Shown: positions 19,001 through 27,946, counted from the stretch's first letter. The stretch is DNA of 64,000 bases from Calditrichales bacterium (GCA_965267575.1 OZ254086.1:1280001-1344000); one strand, 5' to 3'. Notes: generated by a model from the sequence alone, not told the origin. Made by a program: numbers and translations.

Positions 19001-19237
19001 ACCTACGTTTACAACCTGCATGGTATAAGTACCGGGCTCCACATTAATAATAACATAGAAGCCATCCAGGTCTGTGGCCGCACCACGGGTGGTGCCCTCA
19101 AGATAAACGTTAACGCCCGGAAGGGGCTCGCCGGTTTCGGCGTCTGTAACAACCCCGGCTATTTTTCCTGTCGTCCCTGAAAACAGGGATGAAGCGGTAA
19201 GGAAAACACTAAAGATAAGATAAGCGACTCTGCGCAT
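16076..19237 (-). CDS. TonB-dependent receptor, module 2 (carboxypeptidase-regulatory-like N-domain, plug, barrel)
   Basis: GKIAGVVTDAETGEPLPGVNV; plug IRGG..E...DG and GGFSAEYGD..SGLINVVTKEG; SPRLAVSFPV..YFNYGHFRQ; C-terminal NPRDIFWGIEISFDF; GGGAGGAG RBS. Confidence 0.92.
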   Translation of the reverse strand: MRRVAYLIFSVFLTASSLFSGTTGKIAGVVTDAETGEPLPGVNVYLEGTTRGAATDLDGFYVIINVEPGTYTMQVVNVGYASKTFTDVRVFIDQTTEINVQLGTEAIELDEAISVVAERPVVEKDVAASRANISTEEVEALPLANVSEVVALQAGAEGLEIRGGGLDEVVFIMDGFNLRDGRDNEPYTGISLTSIKEIQLQAGGFSAEYGDFRSGLINVVTKEGSKSDYNVNAVFRYSPIAAKHFGPAFNDFDAYYVRPFLDDEVAWVGTDNGGWDEWTRLQYPDFVGWNEIARRTLEDDDPSNDLTPRAAQELFLFQHRKQTDIDKPDYDVDIGFGGPVPFLTKDLGNLRFFTAYRRLREMYLVPLSREAYTTQNWQINFTSDLGPGKKLVVSGLIGEEVGTSRSRAGAPTLFTAPWQIASDLTTISFVDSRIFSTDYWNPSRVNFNNVGIKFTNAISSKTFYEAKLQRFESRYSTTLGALRDTTRRYQFGNSYFVDEAPFGFWEAPTTGIDGNMRMSVGFSNARDSSVVVRYHGKFDISSQVNRYNNVKAGAEFVITDSRVNYARFDRFLPSGNAQTKWNRTPIQGAIYLEDKLEFEGMIASVGLRMDYTHAGGEWYSGYNPYDAAFSGDDPAALDTLNQEPTEHIFTFSPRLAVSFPVSENSKIYFNYGHFRQVPQPENFFILRQNGQTNAVERIADPNNPLPKTIAYELGYEHSLFDEYLVRTAGFYKDISDQPTTVTYISSNTRVNINEPNSYEDIRGFELTINKNRGRWVRGFINYTYQVESSGTFGFRNSFENSVQQREEERRQANYEQSKPRPRPYARANLSFFTPNQYGPSVGGVYLLDNVTLSLLANWRSGGYFDWTDGGSADELGIDNNVQWTDYYNVNMRFRKGLEVGPARIDFFMDVQNLFNFKLFSTYGFVSEKDDFRRYMRSLHLPENTEGLDRLDYTNIPGDDQPGDYRKSGVPFIPIITMANRNSVNNPNKNDLYYEASSGQYLTYNEQGEWTKAKDSRVNYVLDNKAYIDMPNQSYLTFLNPRDIFWGIEISFDF

Positions 19238-19330
19238 GTCGCTCCTCCCTTACGGTTAATAAATAAATATATAGTTGCGGGCAAGTAGGTCTTTAACTGG
19301 TTTGTACGCTTGGCGAACAAACCGTTATAG

Positions 19331-19361
19331 CAAATATAATATTTTTATATATCCACACAAA
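19331..19361 (-). promoter_or_regulatory. Candidate internal promoter for module 2
   Basis: Minus strand reads TTTG-N19-TATATTTG, matching the Bacteroidota -33/-7 consensus. It can also be read as TTGTGT-N16-TATATT. It lies in an AT-rich gap and is followed by an inverted repeat at 19299-19323. Confidence 0.5.
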
Positions 19362-19384
19362 CATTTTTGTAAGAATCGTAATTT

Positions 19385-20683
19385 TCACTTGCCCGATTCG
19401 ATCTCCTGTAACAATTGTTTCTTCAAAACAGGGCGCAAAGGCGGTACCAGTGTGCGCTTTGGGAAATGCTGTTTCAGAACCGCCATATTTGTGCGCTGGC
19501 TGTCCAGCGTATCCCATTGCGCGTAATTAAGCCGGACGCTGCTTTGCTCCAAAAGGCTATCCAGAGCATTTTGCGGATTGTCTGTACGCTCCAGCCAGCT
19601 TTGCTCAAGATAAAAATCGCTCCATAACTTTTTTTGACGTAACACTTGTTCCGCCGAGCCATATCCTTTTTCTCGGGCGTAAAAGACAATCGTCTGGTCA
19701 TCCAGCATATCCTTAAGCACCCTTAAAAAGCTGCGCTGAAAAGCCGCACCGCTTTCAAAATTCAGAGGATAGGGTGAAACTTTCATCCGCTTCAGAACAG
19801 CACTTCCATCCCACACAACACCATTGGCAAAACGGACAATGGAAGCTTCTCCTGCAGCCGGCGCTATTTCGGGCATAGCCGCTCCGCGTAACATCCGTGG
19901 ACCACGATTGTAAACTTCTTCGAACAGGCTTTTTAAAGCTCCTTTGTCTAATTCGTAGCTGTATTGACCCAGTTTCTCCCGGGCAAATTTACGAAAAAGA
20001 TTTTTACTTTTCTTCAATTTAAGCTTTTTTTCAACCTGGCTTATGCCAGGCGTTTGGCCGGTCGGCGCGTTGGTTTCGGCAATAACCTGGTAGATATAGT
20101 AAAGATCGTTTACCCGTTGCGGTCCCCCTATTTCTCCGGGAACAGCGCCAAAAAGAGAGTCGGACAAGGCTGATCCGGGGTCATACTTCACCGTATCCGC
20201 ACGCACTGAAAAATTGCGCCATAGCGGATTTTGCTTAAAGTCCCGCGCCGCGGCTTCGTCTTCAAATACCATATAGCGCAATATTCGCTGAAACTTGAAC
20301 CGTTCGATAACAGCGGAAATCTCCTCGGGGCTTATCTGAACCTGAGGAAAGATCTCTTGCTCCCAGACTTCCTCAATCAACGCCTCACGTTCATGCTGAG
20401 CTACCCGCGCGGCAAGCAGTTCCGATTCATCAAAGCGCTGCTTTGCGGCATCATGCGTGATAACCTGGCGGCAAATCAAGCCGTGTAAAATCATGATTTT
20501 TGCCAGCGAGTCGTCTTTAACGTCCGTTAACAAAGGATTGTACCGATACAAATCGACAAAATAATCCTGGCTGATATCATGGCCATTTACTTCAAGCAAC
20601 GGTTCTTGGGAGTCGGGAGAGCAGCAGAGCAAAAAAAAGGCAATCGCTACGATTGCCTTTTGGGTAAATAACGTTTTTTTCAT
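19385..20683 (-). CDS. SurA/PpiC-like periplasmic foldase lipoprotein with a degenerate parvulin region
   Basis: Probable start MKKTLF at 20683; lipobox-like FLLCC; LLEVNGHDIS, QISPEEI, LFGAVPGEIGGP..YYIYQV; two SurA-N-like helical repeats. Confidence 0.65.
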   Translation of the reverse strand: MKKTLFTQKAIVAIAFFLLCCSPDSQEPLLEVNGHDISQDYFVDLYRYNPLLTDVKDDSLAKIMILHGLICRQVITHDAAKQRFDESELLAARVAQHEREALIEEVWEQEIFPQVQISPEEISAVIERFKFQRILRYMVFEDEAAARDFKQNPLWRNFSVRADTVKYDPGSALSDSLFGAVPGEIGGPQRVNDLYYIYQVIAETNAPTGQTPGISQVEKKLKLKKSKNLFRKFAREKLGQYSYELDKGALKSLFEEVYNRGPRMLRGAAMPEIAPAAGEASIVRFANGVVWDGSAVLKRMKVSPYPLNFESGAAFQRSFLRVLKDMLDDQTIVFYAREKGYGSAEQVLRQKKLWSDFYLEQSWLERTDNPQNALDSLLEQSSVRLNYAQWDTLDSQRTNMAVLKQHFPKRTLVPPLRPVLKKQLLQEIESGK

Positions 20684-20690
20684 TTCAATA

Positions 20691-21719
20691 TCAGAACCGT
20701 ATTGATAAGCTGAATTTTTGGGCGCTTTCCAGCCTGTTCCAGTCGGCATAAGCCCAATCTACACGCAAATGCGTCTGGCCCGCCAGGCGGATATTGGCCC
20801 CGAGACCATAAGTGAGGCCTTCTTCCGTTTCATCCTGAAACAGCGACTTATAGCCGGCCCGAAGAAAAACAAGCTCCTTCCAGCCATACTCGAATCCTGT
20901 ATTGACGGCTTCAAAGTTATCATTGGGCTGAATGGCGTCCAGGGCCAGTGTGAGGCGATTGTATTCTCCGATCTCAATATCTTTGGCAAAGCCAACCTGA
21001 AAACGCAGCGGCAGGTTGTAGGCCAGCATTTCATACTGAGCGTTTACAATTTCCACGTTTCCGATATTGTCCGGGTCAGGGTCGGTGGCAAACTTGCTGT
21101 CGCGACCTTCCAATTTCATTTTGTTGCCAAAATTGCTGATGGAAGCCCCAAGACGAATGCCCCAGAAAGGCGTCTCGAAAAGCGTACCCACATCGAGCGC
21201 AACGGAAGTGGCCGTCATGTGCCAGATGCGCTGGTAAATAAACTTCCCGGTAAAACCGATGGAAAATTTATCTGTTAGATTGCGGCTGTAAGCGAGGCCC
21301 GCGGCTATATCCTGCGTGTCAAAACGCTCGCCGGTGCCGTCCGGTTGCTGAACTGTCCTTACTTCCATTTCACCGGACTGGAAAGAGGCCACCATGGCGC
21401 CCAACGCTCCAAATGAACCGAGATTGAGCACGACCGCACCATAATCAAATGAAGTTCCGGCCAACCAATCAACATGTGTAAACATGGCTTCATTGGCATA
21501 AATGCGCGACAGGCCTGCGGGATTATGATGAATGGCGCTTACATCATTGGCCACGGAAGTGAAAGCTCCTCCCATACCAATAGAGCGCGCGCTGGGTCCG
21601 ATTTTTAAAAACTGGGCTACGGTAGTTCCGACCTTGGACACGCGGTCACCATCCTGAGCCAGGCCGGCGGAAAAACCGCAAAAATAAAATATAAATGTTA
21701 TTGCTAATAGCTTTTTCAT
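20691..21719 (-). CDS. PorV/PorQ-family outer-membrane beta-barrel, module 1
   Basis: Signal peptide; KVGTTVAQFLKIGPSARSIGMGGAF, NPAGL, ALDVGTLF, LPLRFQVG, FLRAGY, DWAY...QKFSLSIRF; GGAGG RBS. Confidence 0.9.
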   Translation of the reverse strand: MKKLLAITFIFYFCGFSAGLAQDGDRVSKVGTTVAQFLKIGPSARSIGMGGAFTSVANDVSAIHHNPAGLSRIYANEAMFTHVDWLAGTSFDYGAVVLNLGSFGALGAMVASFQSGEMEVRTVQQPDGTGERFDTQDIAAGLAYSRNLTDKFSIGFTGKFIYQRIWHMTATSVALDVGTLFETPFWGIRLGASISNFGNKMKLEGRDSKFATDPDPDNIGNVEIVNAQYEMLAYNLPLRFQVGFAKDIEIGEYNRLTLALDAIQPNDNFEAVNTGFEYGWKELVFLRAGYKSLFQDETEEGLTYGLGANIRLAGQTHLRVDWAYADWNRLESAQKFSLSIRF

Positions 21720-21738
21720 GAATCCTCCGCGGAGATCT

Positions 21739-24700
21739 TTATTTTATGATGGCGAACTTGCCGACAGTGGTACCAATGCCCGGGGCATCGACGTGATAAA
21801 AGTAGAGACCGTATGCCACCTCAATGTTATCACGTGTTAAAAGGTCCCAATAAACTTTGCCGTCATCTACGCTGCTGTCATGATGCAGGGTACGCACCAA
21901 TTCGCCAGCCGTCGTATAAATCCTGATTGTGCATTTCTGCGGCACTTTGTCAAAGTAAATGCGCCGGAAGCCACGCTCGTCCCTCGCTGTTGGATTGGCC
22001 GGCTCAATGACGTTTGTAGCCACATAAGGGTTTGGTACCACACGAATGTCATCGAGCTTATTGCGGGCCAGCGCTTTATCCTCGCGTGCGCCTTCCGTGG
22101 TAAAACGGAAAATATCACCGGGATTAAATGGCTTAAAGGTAGCCAGCAGGAAGATATCGCCGTTGGCCGGCGCATCACTCGTATCACGGGTTTGAGAAAC
22201 AAGCTGCCACACAGCGTTGCGTGTGTTGGTGCCATTCTCAAAGATGAAAATATCTTCACCCGGATCCCATGTGCCGTTGCGTGTAGCGGCTTTTTCCAGC
22301 ACAAAGAATTTCGATTTCGTGTTTTCCGTAACATTCCACAACTGGAAGTTAGTGGCAATGTCGTTTATTGATGAATCCTGCATATCCGTAAAAAACCTCA
22401 GCTCATAATCCGCGGGGTAAAAGCTGGCCGAATCACGCTCCAGAAGGGTAAATTCCATCTCTGTCTGTGCGCTGCTGTTCCAGCCGGTCAGGTCTTCATT
22501 AACGCGGAATTCTTCGTTTTTAATAACCAGCTGCATGCCATCAAAGATGGGGTTGGTTTCCTGCGAATCCACGGCAAAACTGCGGAAAATGGGGAAGTGC
22601 GTATACTCGGCCGTATAACGGGTGTCGTCCATCATGCCCGCGCCGGGTACGCTGTCCGGGTCGAAAACAGTGATCGTACCAAAGCGGGCGTCGAGATCGT
22701 AATCTACACCTTCCGTGAAAGTCTCCCCACTCTCAGAACGTACAACAAATGACTCAGGATTAACGAATTGCTTTTGCAATGAGACAGACCTGCCGAAAAA
22801 GGAGATGAACATCTCTTCAATTGGTTTTTGATCCTCTACGGTATACTCCAGACCCTCCGCAGTCGAATCAGCGAACTGGATCTCAAAGGTATTGTTATCC
22901 TCTACGGCAGATTCGTCCAGAATGCTGACAAATATGGTCCCCGTGGAGCGGCCGCCGGTTTCGTTTTGAATTCCGTCGGTCAGGCGTGGCGCTACGTAAC
23001 CTGCTGTTCTGCTCCGCGGAATCACAAGGGCGGTATTAACATCTGTTGAATAGGTGTTTGTCGTCGGGTCAAAAGTAACAATCTTGGCGCACTCCGATGG
23101 CGGAATACCCAGGCTGTCGCTGCCGTGATCATAGGAAACGATCGCATAAAAATATTGCTGACCATTGATCACATTGTTGGAATCAATAAAGGTATAGCGC
23201 AATCCTGTATTATTGCCAAGATTATAGGAAACACCGCGCCCCGTATATGGAACGTTACTGGGCCCGCTGTATTCGTTGTCCAGGTCAAAGCGGGCATCTA
23301 CCCCGGTTACCGTTTTAAGCGGCTCAAATAAAAATTTGGTACCGTTTATGTCTGTGATGGTTTGAATATCAAGAAAGCCGGGATCTGTGCTGCGGTAAAT
23401 GACGTATCCTTCGAAGTCATTTTCGCCGGAGACGGCGTCAAAGGAGGATTCCGCCACCTTATCCCAGTAAAGTGTCACTTTGCGGTCGCCGGGCACGGCG
23501 GTAAGGTTTGGCTTTGCGGGCGGTTTGGCAAACTGGTAACCGCTGTCATAAATGCGCTGCACCGTTTCAGCATTTTGAATCAGGTCATTACGGTCTTCCC
23601 CGATTATGAGGGCGATTGAAAAGCGCTTAATGGCTTCGCTTATCTGGTCATCCGGTGTCGTTTGGATCGATCTTAAAGTAAAGCGTCCGGAGCCATACAA
23701 AAACACATAATCGCCCGGATCGCGGGAGCCGGCAAGCGTGTCAAATTGGCCCGGCTGAATATAACGGCTCCACATCTCTTCATCGTCGCTAATCTGGAGA
23801 CCGGAGAACGACGGCTGAGCAAAACTTGTCAGACCGATCATGTCCGATTCATCGATGTCGGTAAATTCAAAATTGGGCTCACCGGGTTTGGTGATATCAA
23901 AAGGATCGCCGGCAGTGGGTACACCGTCACCTTCACCTTCATCAAGGGTATTGGGAACGCCGTCTATGCCCACGTCATCGGTTTCGGCGTTCCAGTCGCC
24001 ATCGTTGTCGATGCCGTCCGTCCAGCTTTCATCGATCATACCGTCTTTATCATTGTCGATACCGTCATTGGCCAGGCCCGGACTTTCCAAAAACTTATAG
24101 CCCATATAACCCGGAACACGGCCGGCGATATCGCTTCGTCCATCGTTATCCCAGGCAAAGGTCATATTAAGATCACGGTTAAAGTCAGCCAGGTCATCCT
24201 GCCAGTTATCCGGGCCGCCGATGTGCGGATCGCCCCACATACCAAAAATGACACGGTTCAGGTCGTAAGCGCCTTTGTTGCGGATTTTATAAATTAAAAA
24301 GATCGCGTCTTCAGCCAGGGGGTTGGACCACTGATACACGCGGCCTTCCACTTCAAGCCCCAGGCCCTTGCGCACTGAATCTCCGGGGTAGGGGTAATAC
24401 TCAAATTCGCGATTGTTCACATCATCCATAACAAAGAAAGATTCCTTGTCAGCATTGGTGGCGCCTTGCCCCAACGCACCGGGCCACACATAATCGCGCA
24501 GGTTTTCATTATACCAGGCGTCGGGCCATGTGTCGGGTTTGCCGTCGGCGTCCTGATCCGGCGCGTCATTGGTAGGCATGGTATTTTGCGTGCTGTTCAG
24601 ATAAACATTAATACCGTCGTCGCTAACCTCAAGCGGTTCCCAGCCCCAGCGCTCGGTAAAGTCTGGCGAGACTTCACCGCCATTGGAGATCAATCCATCG

Positions 24701-25116
24701 GAAATGGCATGTACCACCCAGGTGGAATCGTTCTTGCGAACAACATCAGGATGACTGCCGGGCGGCACGGGAATTTCAGACGCCACAAAGGGGCCGAACT
24801 CGTAACCGTAGCCAAGGCCTTCCCAGATAATGTCCGTGGTGCGGTTACCCGGTGCGGAAATGGAGCCGTAGTTCCAGATCTGCGTGGTAATCTTGTTACC
24901 GTTCATTATAACATCCTGGCGCAGGATGGGATTATCTGCCGCTGTTTTTTGGAAACGGTTATTATACCATTGCCACCAGGCGTCTACCTGCTCCGGCGAC
25001 CACTCTTTTTGCGGGCCAAAACGATAAACAGAATCCTGCTTGGATAGCTGCGCGGAAAGCGGTACCGCCAGACAAAACAACAATGTTACAAATACAATCT
25101 TTTTCATAATGTGCAT
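21739..25116 (-). CDS. Secreted 1125-aa protein with Asp-rich Ca-binding repeats, an FN3-like domain and a variant T9SS-like CTD
   Basis: Signal peptide; DGIDNDKDGMIDE and DGIDNDGDW repeats; PPAKPNLTAVPGDRKVTLYWD..FEGYVIYRS..YFYAIVSYD; CTD IRVVPNPYV...CTIRIYTTAGELV...WDL...AYGLYFYHV...KFAIIK. Confidence 0.85.
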   Translation of the reverse strand: MHIMKKIVFVTLLFCLAVPLSAQLSKQDSVYRFGPQKEWSPEQVDAWWQWYNNRFQKTAADNPILRQDVIMNGNKITTQIWNYGSISAPGNRTTDIIWEGLGYGYEFGPFVASEIPVPPGSHPDVVRKNDSTWVVHAISDGLISNGGEVSPDFTERWGWEPLEVSDDGINVYLNSTQNTMPTNDAPDQDADGKPDTWPDAWYNENLRDYVWPGALGQGATNADKESFFVMDDVNNREFEYYPYPGDSVRKGLGLEVEGRVYQWSNPLAEDAIFLIYKIRNKGAYDLNRVIFGMWGDPHIGGPDNWQDDLADFNRDLNMTFAWDNDGRSDIAGRVPGYMGYKFLESPGLANDGIDNDKDGMIDESWTDGIDNDGDWNAETDDVGIDGVPNTLDEGEGDGVPTAGDPFDITKPGEPNFEFTDIDESDMIGLTSFAQPSFSGLQISDDEEMWSRYIQPGQFDTLAGSRDPGDYVFLYGSGRFTLRSIQTTPDDQISEAIKRFSIALIIGEDRNDLIQNAETVQRIYDSGYQFAKPPAKPNLTAVPGDRKVTLYWDKVAESSFDAVSGENDFEGYVIYRSTDPGFLDIQTITDINGTKFLFEPLKTVTGVDARFDLDNEYSGPSNVPYTGRGVSYNLGNNTGLRYTFIDSNNVINGQQYFYAIVSYDHGSDSLGIPPSECAKIVTFDPTTNTYSTDVNTALVIPRSRTAGYVAPRLTDGIQNETGGRSTGTIFVSILDESAVEDNNTFEIQFADSTAEGLEYTVEDQKPIEEMFISFFGRSVSLQKQFVNPESFVVRSESGETFTEGVDYDLDARFGTITVFDPDSVPGAGMMDDTRYTAEYTHFPIFRSFAVDSQETNPIFDGMQLVIKNEEFRVNEDLTGWNSSAQTEMEFTLLERDSASFYPADYELRFFTDMQDSSINDIATNFQLWNVTENTKSKFFVLEKAATRNGTWDPGEDIFIFENGTNTRNAVWQLVSQTRDTSDAPANGDIFLLATFKPFNPGDIFRFTTEGAREDKALARNKLDDIRVVPNPYVATNVIEPANPTARDERGFRRIYFDKVPQKCTIRIYTTAGELVRTLHHDSSVDDGKVYWDLLTRDNIEVAYGLYFYHVDAPGIGTTVGKFAIIK

Positions 25117-25134
25117 TTAATATGTCTCCCTCGC

Positions 25135-27870
25135 TTATAGGTCGATGCTCATGCCCACGCGTATCTCACGCGGTGCACGATAAAAGTCAGGACGTGTAAT
25201 GTATTCTTCGTAGGTATGCACGCCTGGCGTGTCATATTTTTCGATAAGTTCTTTTGGCTCATCGGCGCTGCGGTTGGCAAAAGTATAACCCGCGCGGCCC
25301 GTATCGTTAAATACGAAACGTTCGTTAAGCGAATCAAAAAGATTATAAATCTTTACGAAGAACTGATAGTTAATGTCTTTAAAGGCAAAATTATAAGACA
25401 TCCTTAAGTCTACGCCCTTGTATGTCGGTTTTCGGTCGGAGTTGGGTTCCGCGTCATACGTAGAGTTGAACAGAAAAGGTGAATAGGGGTAGCCCGTGCT
25501 CATTTGCCCGATCGCGCTAACCAGAAAACCCTGAAACGGCCGTACGGTCACCGAAGCATTCAGCACATGCTGCTGGTCCCAGTCCAGCGGAATAATTGTG
25601 CGGATTGCCGTTTGCCCAGACAGATTACTGAAATAAAAAGCCGACGGATCATTATCATTACCTTCTGCGACCTGGAACGTATAGTCAATATTGGCCGCAA
25701 CCGGGTCGCCGCCCATCATGCGCTTGGTGAAGGAGAGCGTAAGCCCCTTCACATTGGCATAATCCAGATTGCGATAGAGGCTGTAGTTACGGATATCACC
25801 GCTTAAGGCGCGGAATTGCAATGATTGCGTAGCCAGCAAATCGCGGATATCCTTGTAAAAACCGGTAACGTCAATGGCGTAGCGGTCGCTGATCTGCTGC
25901 TGCAGACCCATTTCATAAATAACCGTTTTTTGCGGATTCAGGTTGGCATTGCCAAAAGTAAACGATCCGCTCACGGGTACTTCAAATTCCGGGTTTACAT
26001 ATAAGTTGGCCAGAGAAGGCATCTGGAAAAAGTGGCCGTATGAAAAGTGAATAATGCCGGTCGCGGTTATCGGGAAGGAAGCACCCAAACGCGGGGCAAC
26101 CATATGTTTATGTTCCGCTTCCTTCAACTCGCCGTCCGGTTGCAATACATCTACCGCGTAATCGAAATCAGAGAAAAAGTAATCGTAACGAAGGCCCGCA
26201 TTGATAATAAAATCGTCGTACTCAATTTTATCCTGGATGTATGCCGACATCTGCCGCGGATAAGTTACATAAGCGTCGTGTGTCGGTGAATCCAGGCCGA
26301 GTACCGTAGGCTGTTTATAGCGATTGCGGTCATAGAGTATCGTGAAATTTTCGCGGTCCAGCTCGTAAAGGCGTGCTTCCAGTCCCGCCTTGACCAGGTG
26401 ACGGTTGTTAACCTGGCTCGTTATATCAAACTTGCCAAGGTATGTAAATGAGTTGGAATAAGAGTGCCCCATGGAAGTACCGCCAAAAAGAAACTGGACA
26501 CCCGCAGGGGAGCCCTGGACTTTGTCCGTGGGAACGTAGCGCGGATCACCTGGATCTTCATAAAGATAAGTGGTTGAGCGCTGAAAATTGACGGCTGCCT
26601 TCAGTTCATAAAACGTCTTTGGAGAAAGAGTATGGGTGAAGAGCAACGAGTTTTGTGCGCTCCAGGAACGGCTGGTCGGCAAACCTTCCGGGTTAAATTT
26701 CCACAGGTGTGAATAAGATTTGGAGCGACCCTGGTTGAAAAGTGACTGCGTGCGCAGAGTCATATTGGGCGTAAGCTTAAACTTCAACTTGCCCATCAGA
26801 TTCAGACCTTCGCTTGGATTCATCGGGACAATAGCATTATCACCGCCAAGTTCAATATACCACTCGTCATAGGTTCTCGTGATGGTAACGATTTGGGAAA
26901 AGTCATCTTTATAGCTGATTGTCTCTGTTTTCAAATCAAAATTTGCAGAGTCCGATGGCAGGTGCTCACGGCGGCCATAGAGATAACCCTCGCTCTTGGA
27001 ATAACGCCCGGAGAGGAAAAAAGTATGATCATTGCTGCCCAGGAATGAGAGCGGGCCGGAAAAGGTACCTTCTATATTGCGGTTGGCAACCGCGTCAATG
27101 TCATCAATGTTTAAGAAAATATCGTCGTGCGAACTGACAAAGTCGCCGCTGTAAAAACTTAAAAATGCTTTATATTTCTGGCCACCGTCTTTGGTCGTCA
27201 GGTTTACAATACCGCTCATGGCGTTACCGTATTCGGCGTTAAACGCGCCGCTCACCACAGACATCTCCTGGATGGCATTGTTGGCAACGGTTACAGACAA
27301 TCCGTTTGTGGAATACGGATTTGCCACAGAAACACCGTCAACCAGGTAGGCAATCTCGTTGGAGCGGCCACCCTTGATGTGCAGTTCGCCGCCGGCACCC
27401 TGGGTTACGCCGGCCTGAGTCAGCATAACATCCGTAAACGTTTCAACCGGAAGCGCCGCGATTTCTTCAGCGCTTGTTATTTTTTTGGATGCGGTAAGGT
27501 CCTTTTGTACAAGCGGCCTGTCCGCAACAACCGTGATCTGCTCCAGCTCGAGCGTCTCTTCACTCATCTGAAAGTTAATGATGCGTGATTGGTCGGCGTT
27601 GATAACCACGTTTTCTACGCGCTTCGTGGCATAGCCGATCATGCTACATTCCACGACATAAGTGCCGGGCTGAATATTCAGAACGAAGTACTCGCCGTTG
27701 GCATCACTTGAAGCGCCCAGTGATGTGCCCTCTATAATAATGTTGGCGCCCGGCAGTGGTTCGCCGCTGCTCTGGTCAATTACCGTTCCAAGCAACTTGC
27801 CGGTATTTCCGGCAAATGCCGAAGACCCTATCAGCAACAGAAATAAAATGGCTTGAAAAAAACGTACCAT
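25135..27870 (-). CDS. TonB-dependent receptor, module 1
   Basis: GKLLGTVIDQSSGEPLPGANI; LHIKGGRSNEIAYLVDG; SGAFNAEYGNAMSGIVNLTTKDG; PRLGASFPI..HFSYGHFFQ; C-terminal APREIRVGMSIDL. GGAGG RBS supports the ATG at 27870 (track start 27924). Confidence 0.92.
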   Translation of the reverse strand: MVRFFQAILFLLLIGSSAFAGNTGKLLGTVIDQSSGEPLPGANIIIEGTSLGASSDANGEYFVLNIQPGTYVVECSMIGYATKRVENVVINADQSRIINFQMSEETLELEQITVVADRPLVQKDLTASKKITSAEEIAALPVETFTDVMLTQAGVTQGAGGELHIKGGRSNEIAYLVDGVSVANPYSTNGLSVTVANNAIQEMSVVSGAFNAEYGNAMSGIVNLTTKDGGQKYKAFLSFYSGDFVSSHDDIFLNIDDIDAVANRNIEGTFSGPLSFLGSNDHTFFLSGRYSKSEGYLYGRREHLPSDSANFDLKTETISYKDDFSQIVTITRTYDEWYIELGGDNAIVPMNPSEGLNLMGKLKFKLTPNMTLRTQSLFNQGRSKSYSHLWKFNPEGLPTSRSWSAQNSLLFTHTLSPKTFYELKAAVNFQRSTTYLYEDPGDPRYVPTDKVQGSPAGVQFLFGGTSMGHSYSNSFTYLGKFDITSQVNNRHLVKAGLEARLYELDRENFTILYDRNRYKQPTVLGLDSPTHDAYVTYPRQMSAYIQDKIEYDDFIINAGLRYDYFFSDFDYAVDVLQPDGELKEAEHKHMVAPRLGASFPITATGIIHFSYGHFFQMPSLANLYVNPEFEVPVSGSFTFGNANLNPQKTVIYEMGLQQQISDRYAIDVTGFYKDIRDLLATQSLQFRALSGDIRNYSLYRNLDYANVKGLTLSFTKRMMGGDPVAANIDYTFQVAEGNDNDPSAFYFSNLSGQTAIRTIIPLDWDQQHVLNASVTVRPFQGFLVSAIGQMSTGYPYSPFLFNSTYDAEPNSDRKPTYKGVDLRMSYNFAFKDINYQFFVKIYNLFDSLNERFVFNDTGRAGYTFANRSADEPKELIEKYDTPGVHTYEEYITRPDFYRAPREIRVGMSIDL

Positions 27871-27917
27871 GTATCCTCCCAGGGAAATAAAACTTTGCCA
27901 GTCATGATAATGAATTT

Positions 27918-27946
27918 TTGGCAAATATCAATTTTTTGATTATACT
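27918..27946 (+). promoter_or_regulatory. Candidate sigma70-type promoter for the 607-aa gene
   Basis: TTGGCA-N17-TATACT in the AT-rich divergent intergenic region. Confidence 0.55.
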
